A stretch of 64,000 nucleotides of DNA, taken from assembly GCA_964450915.1 (NCBI GenBank), contig CAYVFG010000002.1:5379-69378 (forward strand). The letters are read 5' to 3'. Positions within the stretch are counted from its first letter, which is position 1, and every line of letters starts with the position of its first letter. Below, piece after piece: positions 10,022-18,346 of this stretch. A program made the translations under genes and the position numbers. The stretch comes from an uncultured Candidatus Saccharibacteria bacterium. Its GTDB lineage: Bacteria; Patescibacteriota; Andersenbacteria; UBA10190. Under the pieces are notes generated by a model. It had not been told where the DNA came from, did not search any database, and worked only from the letters and a program-made list of their open reading frames with translations.

Positions 10022-12173
10022 TTTCTGGATAGTACGGAACGATACCCGTCATATTAATAATAATATCCCCCGCCTTCGCTGAAGCTTCGGCGGGCAAGCC
10101 TGCCAGAGAGTCTGCATATATAATATCTGCGTTCGGGTTTTTTGCATACAGTCTGAATAGATACGCATTTAAGCTTGTTTGTTGATCGGGGGTAATGCCT
10201 ATAATAATAATCCTTTTTTCTTGCGGCGTATTTGTTTCTTCATGAAGCAATTGCCGATATGCATATTGGGTATATGCGGATTGTTCGCGGGCAAAACGTG
10301 TAAGGTTCTGATCTCGGGCAACTACAAAGCCGTATATGCATACAAGTATAAATAGCGCATACCAAATACCATTCCATTTTTTAGGGATGATGCGTTGTGC
10401 TATTGCAACGATTGCGAGGCTGGTTCCGAAGATTGCAAGCGTTAACCATCGAGAGCGCCAATCACTAGTAAATAGAAGAAACGGCCCAACGAACAGTAAC
10501 CACCAAAGATAACTAAATACTAGAATATTCCTTGTGCGCGCATGCTTCCAAAAAGCTACAATACTCGCTATCGCTACTACTATAATAATTACTCCCGGGT
10601 AATATGGACCGGCAGTTTTAAGCCGCCATAGTTCCAAGGTATTTGATAGAAACGATTCTAAGCGATTTGTATATGCAGTTTGCGGCCATAACCGCTGTTC
10701 TGCGGTAAAGCTGGTATATATAACGACATTTCGAACAATATTGATCGGATTTGCCGAGAGTGCGTATGTTTTGTCCGTATGCTTATGCTCGGGGAGCGTT
10801 GGGTCGCCAAGCATCGCCGTATTAACGACGAGGAATGCGCCTGCCATGAGTATGTAGGGCAATATATTGCCAAGTATGTGCTTGAGATTACGTTTTGAAA
10901 TTCCAGAAACAAGTTCGATGCCTGCGAGCGCAATCGGGAGAACGATGACGTATTCTTTTGAGAATAACGCAATAACAAACGAAATGATGCTGGCGTAGAA
11001 TATTTTTTTATTTCCCGAATCCTTCCATTTGAAATATAAAACAGCTGACAGCATTGCAAATATCGAAGCGAGCAAATCTTGCACAGAACTCCACCAGTAT
11101 AAAAGGCCTATTTTGGAACTGTGCGACATCCACAGAGCAACAGCAAGCAAGCTTGCTGAGCGAGAAGCTGTGATGCGATGTGCTAGTACGAATAAGCAGC
11201 ATGCTGTTCCTGCGAACAGCAACATATTCAAGAAGTAATACAAACCCGCATCGGGCGGGAGGACTAGGTGGAGCAAGAGCGGGTAGAGCGAAAAGCTTAT
11301 CGGCCTGTAAAAATCGAAACCAAACTGAGATGCCGGATCTGCGTCTGTGTATCTATGCGGAGTAAGGAGTAGCAATGGATTGTGCTGCCACAGCTGTGCG
11401 ACCCGAACAAGAATGGGTACATCGTCGCTATAAAAAAATAAATGTGTTGCAGGCCAATATAGTACAAGCGATGTAATAATTATGATCGCAAAGTATGCAT
11501 GATTTTTTCCATGCAATTTCATGTTTCTGTCTTTGATAACGGGGAGTTGCTGAAAAGTTTTTTGTCGCATGAGAAAAATTGCAGCTACGCATATCATGAC
11601 TCCGAGCCATACTCCTCTTTGATGCGGCAGCGCAAGCCATCGGACTAGTTGCAGCGCAATCGTTGGTTTTTCATACTCGATAAGGCCTAGTGATCCTTGT
11701 TTTTGTATCCCTGCTTGCGTCACGACGCTCGTAGGGTCGAGTGTTGCATCCGATTGATACGCAATTTTTATTGCGTGTGCTTTAGGAAGCTGCTGTGCGC
11801 TGATAGTAATGCTGTACTGCTTACCTGAGCTCATCGCTTGGCGTGGTAGCGCAATACGGCCAAGATTTTTTACTGGAACGTTTTGTTCGGAAATGATGCG
11901 ATTTTCAGAAATATCTTTAATACCTATATGGGCCAGGTCGTCTGGGTATTGAGATTCTGCATATAGGCCGATTGCAGAAAGGCCTCGAGAAGCTGCCGTA
12001 AATTCTTCTGTGAGTGGATATGCCGCAAATACCTGGTGTTTATGTGTGCTGTCGGGTGTTCTGTGTACTGCAGTACGCTCACTTGCGCGGATTGATAAAA
12101 CGTAGCATAGCGTAATGCTTAGTACAGCGAAAAGCGCTATTTTTGCCTGTTTTTGCCACTTTTTCATGTTCAA
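10011..12173 (-). CDS. Large membrane protein (720 aa): signal anchor, an N-terminal periplasmic module of about 200 aa, then about 12 TM helices. Probably GT-C-like.
   Basis: The hydrophobic pattern supports this layout. The N-terminal module carries the recurrent LTEEFTAASRGLSAIGLYAES motif shared with other proteins in the locus. Confidence 0.5.
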   Translation of the reverse strand: MNMKKWQKQAKIALFAVLSITLCYVLSIRASERTAVHRTPDSTHKHQVFAAYPLTEEFTAASRGLSAIGLYAESQYPDDLAHIGIKDISENRIISEQNVPVKNLGRIALPRQAMSSGKQYSITISAQQLPKAHAIKIAYQSDATLDPTSVVTQAGIQKQGSLGLIEYEKPTIALQLVRWLALPHQRGVWLGVMICVAAIFLMRQKTFQQLPVIKDRNMKLHGKNHAYFAIIIITSLVLYWPATHLFFYSDDVPILVRVAQLWQHNPLLLLTPHRYTDADPASQFGFDFYRPISFSLYPLLLHLVLPPDAGLYYFLNMLLFAGTACCLFVLAHRITASRSASLLAVALWMSHSSKIGLLYWWSSVQDLLASIFAMLSAVLYFKWKDSGNKKIFYASIISFVIALFSKEYVIVLPIALAGIELVSGISKRNLKHILGNILPYILMAGAFLVVNTAMLGDPTLPEHKHTDKTYALSANPINIVRNVVIYTSFTAEQRLWPQTAYTNRLESFLSNTLELWRLKTAGPYYPGVIIIVVAIASIVAFWKHARTRNILVFSYLWWLLFVGPFLLFTSDWRSRWLTLAIFGTSLAIVAIAQRIIPKKWNGIWYALFILVCIYGFVVARDQNLTRFAREQSAYTQYAYRQLLHEETNTPQEKRIIIIGITPDQQTSLNAYLFRLYAKNPNADIIYADSLAGLPAEASAKAGDIIINMTGIVPYYPESEK

Positions 12174-12220
12174 ACAGTAGCATGTATGAAGGAAGTACGT
12201 TAAGAGGCATACTTATTACC

Positions 12221-12835
12221 ATGCGCATTGCATGGTATGTATGTTTCATCACTTTGATCGTATTCGTATTTTTATACGCGTGGTATTTGCCTGCAAACAA
12301 TGCGAAACAACTTATTCTCGATTTGCCCGCGAACGGAATCAGCAAGAGTATTGCAGTTACGAATGATACGAAGATAGTTCAGGAGATTAGGCTAGAGCAA
12401 TCCGCAAATAGCATAGAATTGCCATTATGCGTTGGGCAGCCTAGTGCACCTGGAATGATTCATCTTACTGTTCTCAAGGATAGCAAGGTTATTACGGGAC
12501 AGGATCAGTATATTGAACCAGATATTGTATTTGCGTTGCCTGGTGCGGGAATTTCTGGGGATGTTACGCTTGAATTTGTATTTTCCGGAATAGAAAAGAA
12601 TAGCGATATTGCCATTCCTACTGCATTCGGAAAATATGCGAATTTGTCAGGGACGGTTACGCAATATGTATTGCAAGGCAATCAGTGGAAATCAGTTGAT
12701 ACCAGAAACGGCAATATTGCATTGACGCTGTACCATATTCCGCCAAAAAATCATGTATTTGCGATGGTAGAGTCATTTATAGTACCAATGATCGGAATAA
12801 TCGTATTCATAATTCTATGCGCAAAGAATTTGTAA
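12221..12835 (+). CDS. Membrane-anchored protein: N-terminal TM, a beta-rich periplasmic module, and a C-terminal TM. The track ORF begins at 12143, but the likely start is Met27 at 12221.
   Basis: AAGAGG lies 13 nt upstream of the ATG at 12221. The module motif KIVQEIRLEQSANSIELPLCVGQ...GMIHLTVLKD is shared with 18347, 56552 and 10011. Confidence 0.5.
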   Translation: MRIAWYVCFITLIVFVFLYAWYLPANNAKQLILDLPANGISKSIAVTNDTKIVQEIRLEQSANSIELPLCVGQPSAPGMIHLTVLKDSKVITGQDQYIEPDIVFALPGAGISGDVTLEFVFSGIEKNSDIAIPTAFGKYANLSGTVTQYVLQGNQWKSVDTRNGNIALTLYHIPPKNHVFAMVESFIVPMIGIIVFIILCAKNL

Positions 12836-14550
12836 TTATTTCGCTTGTTGGATTGCTGCTTGCAGGTATTGCGACGGCGCCATTATATGTTCATCCCGAA
12901 TATATAAGCAATCATGGTGATATCAATCGAGGATTGATATATAACGCAATTGCGAAGCGAGATATACTGAGCGGCCATCTGCCTGCGTGGAATCAATACA
13001 TTTGCGGAGGCATGCCGCTTGTGGGCGATTTGGAATCGTGGTTTCTGCATCCGATATTTTTCCTGACCTTTCCGTTTCCCGAGGTATTGGCGATGAAGAT
13101 AGGGTATACGCTGGTACTTTTCAGCTCGTTTGTGGGCTTTTATGCATTGGCTCGAATTATTTTAAAATTCAAGATTACAGGTGCTGCGCTGTTTGCAATA
13201 ATTGTAGCGTTTGGCGGGTACATCTCAGCGCACTTAGCAGAAGGGTATTACGTATGGACAGCAAGCGCATACGTGCCATGGTTTTTGTTGTCCGCCATGT
13301 TGGCATTGAGAAATTTGAAATTCATCCCGTTTGCCGGATTGATGCTCGCATTCATGTTTGGAGCAGGAAGTATGCATCTAGCCGTATACAGCATGCTTTT
13401 TATAGGGATTATATATGCATTCCCTATGGCTGAAAGCAAATTTTTCCGACGCGTTACACTATGGCTGGCGATCGGCGCGTTTTTCGTAATCCTATCTGCC
13501 GCAAAGCTTCTCCCGGCGCTTTCCCTTCTTACGGCAACCAGTTCCAGAGAAGGATTTGCGCCCGCTATTACAATGCTTCCGGAAATACTATTTGGCAGAG
13601 GATTGCTTGGGCCGGTCATGCAGGCCGGGCAAATAATTCGATGGGGAGAATTCGACGAATATATCGGAATGCTTACGGGAACTGTGGCTGTTATCGGCGC
13701 CAGCATATTTCGAAAAAGGCTATGGCATGCATACAAAGCATTTTTGGTCGCGAGCATTATAATGGCAGTTATTGCATTTTTGCCGTTACCGATTACGCAT
13801 GGATTTATCAGTCATGTTTTTGATTTATTCCGCATGCCAAGCAGGGTGTTGCTGTTTGCGGTATTTGGGATCGCGCTTGTTGCAGGATACGCAGTTGACG
13901 CAATTGCTTTGCCTCGAGGTGTTTTTGCGATAAAAGCGTTGATACTGCTTGTTATTACGCTGGATCTTCTTTCGAACGACATAACGCTTTTTTCTCGAAC
14001 GTTTACGGTGCCTCTTCCGGAAAAGCATGCGGAGACAACGTTTCAGCGAGTCAGCCATGCGTACACTTCTGGGGATGAGGTGTATTATCGGGCAATATAT
14101 TTGGATTTTCTGGAAAATAGAGGGACGAAGGATGTGTGCAGGTTTTATCAAGCGGGGCCGTTTAGTAGATCAATTGACGAAACGGATCCGAGGTATATCT
14201 CTCAAGGAGAAATATATTTGGATGATGCAAAATCCGGAACCGTCTCATATACAATGAATACCAGGAGCGAATATAGTATTCACGCAAACATTCAGTCAGC
14301 AACGCGAATTATCATTAATCAAAATTATTATCCGGGCTGGGTGGCAAGTTCCGGGCAAAGAGTTGAAAATTATCATGGCGTTATCGCTATTTCTGTCGTG
14401 CCTGGAATATATGATATTACGCTGAGGTACAATCCGAATACGGTGTATTGGGGAATGGGAATATCTGCGCTTGGTTTTTTGATTGGCTTGCTGGTGATTA
14501 TGAGAAGATCTGGTCGTACCACTGGCGATACCAATCAACAAACCTCTTAG
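12817..14550 (+). CDS. YfhO-family-like membrane protein (577 aa).
   Basis: SGHLPAWNQYICGGMPLVGD near the N-terminus is a YfhO-like motif. About 14 TM helices. Overlaps the preceding gene by 19 nt in another frame. Confidence 0.6.
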   Translation: MRKEFVIISLVGLLLAGIATAPLYVHPEYISNHGDINRGLIYNAIAKRDILSGHLPAWNQYICGGMPLVGDLESWFLHPIFFLTFPFPEVLAMKIGYTLVLFSSFVGFYALARIILKFKITGAALFAIIVAFGGYISAHLAEGYYVWTASAYVPWFLLSAMLALRNLKFIPFAGLMLAFMFGAGSMHLAVYSMLFIGIIYAFPMAESKFFRRVTLWLAIGAFFVILSAAKLLPALSLLTATSSREGFAPAITMLPEILFGRGLLGPVMQAGQIIRWGEFDEYIGMLTGTVAVIGASIFRKRLWHAYKAFLVASIIMAVIAFLPLPITHGFISHVFDLFRMPSRVLLFAVFGIALVAGYAVDAIALPRGVFAIKALILLVITLDLLSNDITLFSRTFTVPLPEKHAETTFQRVSHAYTSGDEVYYRAIYLDFLENRGTKDVCRFYQAGPFSRSIDETDPRYISQGEIYLDDAKSGTVSYTMNTRSEYSIHANIQSATRIIINQNYYPGWVASSGQRVENYHGVIAISVVPGIYDITLRYNPNTVYWGMGISALGFLIGLLVIMRRSGRTTGDTNQQTS

Positions 14551-15460
14551 CCCCTTCTTCTATTGGAGTTGTCGGATTGTAATGTAGATCCTTTTTTGCA
14601 TTTGAAATATCAGCCAGGGTGCTTGAGATTTCTCCTGGCAATAAGTCTGCTATTTTTACAATTGCCTTTTTCCCGATCGCAGATTCGAACGCCGCAACCA
14701 TGCGAGGAAGCTTAACCCCGTCAGATTCGCCAAGATTATATACATGATAGCCATGTACGTTATCGAATGCAGATATGACGCCCTGAATAATATCGTCGAT
14801 GTAGGTAAAGTCTCTGCTTGTTCCTTCTCCTCGCAGTACAATTTCTTCTCCGTTCATAATTGCTTTCGTGAATGCAAATGGCGCCATTTCCGGCCTACCC
14901 CATGGGCCATATACGGTAAAGAATCTCAAGCAGGTTGTAGGTACGCCATATAAATGATGCCAGGTGTAGGCGAGTGCTTCTGTTGCTACTTTTGTTGCTG
15001 CGTACGGAGAAATCGGGTGCATAATATTCATATCCTCTCGAAATGGCAACTCCTTTTGGCCTCCGTATACGGAAGAGCTTGATGCGATCACTATCTTTTC
15101 TATCTTATTTTTTTGCGCAGCTTCTAGCACTGACGCAGTTCCCGTAACGTTTGAGTTTGTATATGTGAGAGGAGATTGGATGCTTCTTGGGATTGCTGCC
15201 CATGCACCCAAATGAATAATTGCAGTGATGCCATGTTCTTGGATAGTGCGCGTCACAAGCGCTTCGTCACAAAAATCTCCACGTACAAGAGTAACTGCTT
15301 CTTCCGGCTCAAACATATTCGCTACGCGCGCCTCTTTTAAGCGAGGATCGTATCGGTCGTTAAAATCATCAATAAGAACCACACTATCACCGCGATTAAG
15401 AAGTGCTCGCGCCGTATGCGATCCGATGAATCCCGCCCCACCAGTTATTAGAATATTCAT
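14498..15460 (-). CDS. NAD-dependent epimerase/dehydratase (extended SDR), UDP-glucuronate 4-epimerase-like.
   Basis: MNILITGGAGFIGSH Rossmann motif. DDFNDRYDPRLKEARV is typical of UDP-uronate 4-epimerases. YxxxK is present. Confidence 0.85.
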   Translation of the reverse strand: MNILITGGAGFIGSHTARALLNRGDSVVLIDDFNDRYDPRLKEARVANMFEPEEAVTLVRGDFCDEALVTRTIQEHGITAIIHLGAWAAIPRSIQSPLTYTNSNVTGTASVLEAAQKNKIEKIVIASSSSVYGGQKELPFREDMNIMHPISPYAATKVATEALAYTWHHLYGVPTTCLRFFTVYGPWGRPEMAPFAFTKAIMNGEEIVLRGEGTSRDFTYIDDIIQGVISAFDNVHGYHVYNLGESDGVKLPRMVAAFESAIGKKAIVKIADLLPGEISSTLADISNAKKDLHYNPTTPIEEGAKRFVDWYRQWYDQIFS

Positions 15461-15461
15461 A

Positions 15462-16496
15462 TTAAAATATATTTTTGATTACTCCTAAAATTCCTTGTTT
15501 CCACGGAACTCGATGAGATACGCCGCTTTTATTTTGAAAATCTTTCAAATGCGCAACGTACCAATCGTAATTTTTGACAAGCGCTTGCTTGTTGGAAAAC
15601 CTCGGGGCGTATCCTAATTGCTTCTCCGCTTTTTCTATAGATACAAAGGAATCTACTGACGCCGTTTCGTATACCCACTTATACAATGGGGAAATATGCA
15701 AGGCTTCCAAGATTCGCAGCGTCCAAATCATGGGAGCAGCCGGAAAGCCGATGATGCGCTTTCCGTGGCCGGCCTTATCGAGTACGGCTTGATAATCTTC
15801 CTTCATGGTCGTGTATTCTTTTGCTCCAATATTGTATGTATCGTTTGCAACGGATTCGTCGATTGTCATACACAAATAAATTGCGTCGCACAAATCGTCT
15901 ACGTCGAGAAGCTGATATTTGTTATTTCCCATGCCGATCATCGGGAAATTATGGCCTGTTAATGCCCAATCATAAAACAGTGCAAATACCCCCAGTCTCT
16001 CGGGGCCAACGAATGATTTTGGACGGATAACGGATACGCATTTACCTTGAGCGCGGAATTTTTCGCATTCTTGCTCCGCTAGGATTTTTGCTTCGCCGTA
16101 TGCGCCAACTCCTTGAAGCTTGTCTGTTTCATACAGCGGGTGATGATCCGGGATCCCGTACACTGCAGTAGAAGAAATATGCACAACTCGCTGTACGCCA
16201 TGCTCGAATGCCGAGGCAAGAACGTTTCTTGTTCCATCCACGTCGGTACTGTAAATATCCTCTTTCGAATAGAGCGGGAGCGCTGCGGCGCAATGCACTA
16301 CGATGTCTACGCCGGGCATTGCTGCATCAAGGTCGGATTTATCTCGAATATCTTTTTTAACAACGGTTATCTGGCCTCGTTCCGGATAATCGAAATCGGC
16401 AATATCGTATGAAATGACATTATGCCCTTTTGCAAGTAAGTATCTTGTTAGGTTGATGCCTAAAAACCCCGCTCCGCCTGTGATAAGAATTTTCAT
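15462..16496 (-). CDS. NAD-dependent epimerase/dehydratase (extended SDR). Start trimmed to MKILITGGAGF; the track ORF extends 58 codons further upstream.
   Basis: GGAGFLG Rossmann motif. ATG at 16496 confirmed on the minus strand. HISSTAVYG...YGEAK catalytic region. Confidence 0.85.
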   Translation of the reverse strand: MKILITGGAGFLGINLTRYLLAKGHNVISYDIADFDYPERGQITVVKKDIRDKSDLDAAMPGVDIVVHCAAALPLYSKEDIYSTDVDGTRNVLASAFEHGVQRVVHISSTAVYGIPDHHPLYETDKLQGVGAYGEAKILAEQECEKFRAQGKCVSVIRPKSFVGPERLGVFALFYDWALTGHNFPMIGMGNNKYQLLDVDDLCDAIYLCMTIDESVANDTYNIGAKEYTTMKEDYQAVLDKAGHGKRIIGFPAAPMIWTLRILEALHISPLYKWVYETASVDSFVSIEKAEKQLGYAPRFSNKQALVKNYDWYVAHLKDFQNKSGVSHRVPWKQGILGVIKNIF

Positions 16497-16573
16497 ATAT
16501 CTGCAGTATACACAAGATGTAGTATGATGAAAGCATGGGAATTTTATTGCTGTATGAGGGAATATTGGATTCC

Positions 16574-17806
16574 ATGCATAAAAGAATTTTTGGCGTAACG
16601 ATGGGTCCAAAGACAATTGAGTTCTTAAAGCAATTGCACTGGTCGATGATTGGGGGAGTTGTTGCAGCAATTATTTCATTTGCAGTTTCAGTTTGGGCCG
16701 GACGCGTTCTTGGAACAGATCAGTATGGGCAGTACAGCTTCGCAGTGGCGACTGCGCAACTTATTGCATTGTTTATTACATGGAGTTTTGAAATTGCGAT
16801 TGTGCGCGCGCTTGCTTTTACAAGGGAAGATGCATCCAGCCAGAACTACATTATCTCTTCTGCGATTTTATTTTTAATTGTCACGATCGTATTGGCTAAC
16901 CTTGTTTCCTACCTTCTGCCGTTTCCATTCTTGAAAGGTATTGTTATGGCGTTTGCAACGGTGCTTGCTATCAAGCAGCTATTCGACGGAATGATGCGCG
17001 GACTAGGATTGTTCGGCTACCAGGCTGTCGGAAAAGTTATTGAGGCATGTGCGGTGCTTAGCGTCTTTGCCTTTATGGCGTACGAAGGGCTGCACTCATA
17101 TACATATTACCTGCTTGCCTCGTTACTCGGAGGATTCTGCCTCATCTTGTGGTACTCGGTGCGGATTCGATTCGATGCATCTTTCAAGCAGATTTCTCAT
17201 TCTGCATTTCAGGTATTGTGGACATACGGATCGCGCGCAATCATTTGGCTCGTACTATCGACCGTGCTTGGGTTTGCCGCAAAGTTTATTATCAAATATG
17301 AGCTGGGGAATCAATTTCTCGGACAGTTTGCGGCATATAACATGGTATCGATTACGGTAATGACATTTTTGGGAGGATTAATTGCCAACGTATTTTTCCC
17401 TGTTGCAGTCCAAGAAGGGGACAGTGAAGAAATGTGGAAGCGAATGCGCAAGGGAACGCTTGTGGGAGCATTGCCGTTATTAATTGCTGGTATTTTTATC
17501 ACAAATACCGCCGTAGCCTTATATGGGGATGCGTATTACCTCTCGCTTTGGTTCGGCGCCGGTATGGCTGTTATCGCCGTTATTCAATTTTTTACGGGCA
17601 TGTACTGGTGGGCTATCGCAAGCGATGGCGTGATTGGCGTGCGGTATATGGCGTTTCATAGCGCAGTTGGCGGACTCATATTCGTAGCGGCTCTGGCTAC
17701 GCTTCTTCATATGTATATGCTGTGGGGAATTATCATGAGCTACGGCCTCTGGAGTTTGTATGCTTGCGCCGTTATTTATAGGTGGCGAGTTATATTAAAG
17801 CACTAA
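16574..17806 (+). CDS. Polysaccharide biosynthesis protein, oligosaccharide flippase (Wzx-like, MOP superfamily).
   Basis: About 12 to 14 TM helices and the N-terminal pattern typical of Polysacc_synt-family proteins. Start chosen at Met14, with GAGGG 13 nt upstream. Confidence 0.6.
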   Translation: MHKRIFGVTMGPKTIEFLKQLHWSMIGGVVAAIISFAVSVWAGRVLGTDQYGQYSFAVATAQLIALFITWSFEIAIVRALAFTREDASSQNYIISSAILFLIVTIVLANLVSYLLPFPFLKGIVMAFATVLAIKQLFDGMMRGLGLFGYQAVGKVIEACAVLSVFAFMAYEGLHSYTYYLLASLLGGFCLILWYSVRIRFDASFKQISHSAFQVLWTYGSRAIIWLVLSTVLGFAAKFIIKYELGNQFLGQFAAYNMVSITVMTFLGGLIANVFFPVAVQEGDSEEMWKRMRKGTLVGALPLLIAGIFITNTAVALYGDAYYLSLWFGAGMAVIAVIQFFTGMYWWAIASDGVIGVRYMAFHSAVGGLIFVAALATLLHMYMLWGIIMSYGLWSLYACAVIYRWRVILKH

Positions 17807-18318
17807 GCGCCGCATTGATGCTCTTGTCCTCCGCATACTCTGTATAACGTTTTTCCATTTTCGTGAAGAATTCTAAAATTGAATTTCCTGTGTTCGTCTT
17901 CGTCGAAAAATACACCATCCTTTGCTTGTGATTCCAATTGGGCTTGCAGATAAAAGGATGTAACAATATTTTTCTCGATGCCGGTAATGCAGTATGAATA
18001 CACGAATCCTTTGGACTCTCTTACGTCGTGTGGAATTGCATCAATGAATTGCTCGCGCAATAAAGGGGATGACTCCCCAAAAAACCAGCTATCCTTGCTA
18101 CTTTGCGTACAACCGATTGTGTGAATAGTTGCGGCAGGGTAGCTATTATGAGCATTAAAATATTGTTCAGCGCTTCGTTTTATGTTTGCAATATCTTGTT
18201 TGCGTAAATCATCTCGAACTACGGAACGGGCATAGAGAATGCTATGTGCGCCAAGTGCCGCAAGGACAACGGCTAAAGAAATGACGGAAATGAGCTCGTA
18301 CCGTATTTGTTTTGTCAT
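17803..18318 (-). CDS. Membrane-anchored protein with a type IV pilin / pseudopilin-like N-terminal domain. The prepilin cleavage motif is degenerate.
   Basis: TM helix, then ARSVVRDDLRKQDIANIKRSAEQYFNAHNSYP. This matches the pilin-like pattern (ARD..R.SD...I..AL..Y.....YP). Confidence 0.4.
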   Translation of the reverse strand: MTKQIRYELISVISLAVVLAALGAHSILYARSVVRDDLRKQDIANIKRSAEQYFNAHNSYPAATIHTIGCTQSSKDSWFFGESSPLLREQFIDAIPHDVRESKGFVYSYCITGIEKNIVTSFYLQAQLESQAKDGVFFDEDEHRKFNFRILHENGKTLYRVCGGQEHQCGA

Positions 18319-18346
18319 ATAGAGATATGTTACAAGATAAAGGAAT

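Noticed and set aside
16535-16573. Upstream extension of the flippase ORF (MGILLLYEGILDS...) and the 58-codon N-terminal extension of the epimerase ORF 15462..16670
   Set aside because: The extensions lack similarity to the protein families. The conserved domains begin at internal Met codons: MKILITGGAG for the epimerase, and Met14 with GAGGG upstream for the flippase.
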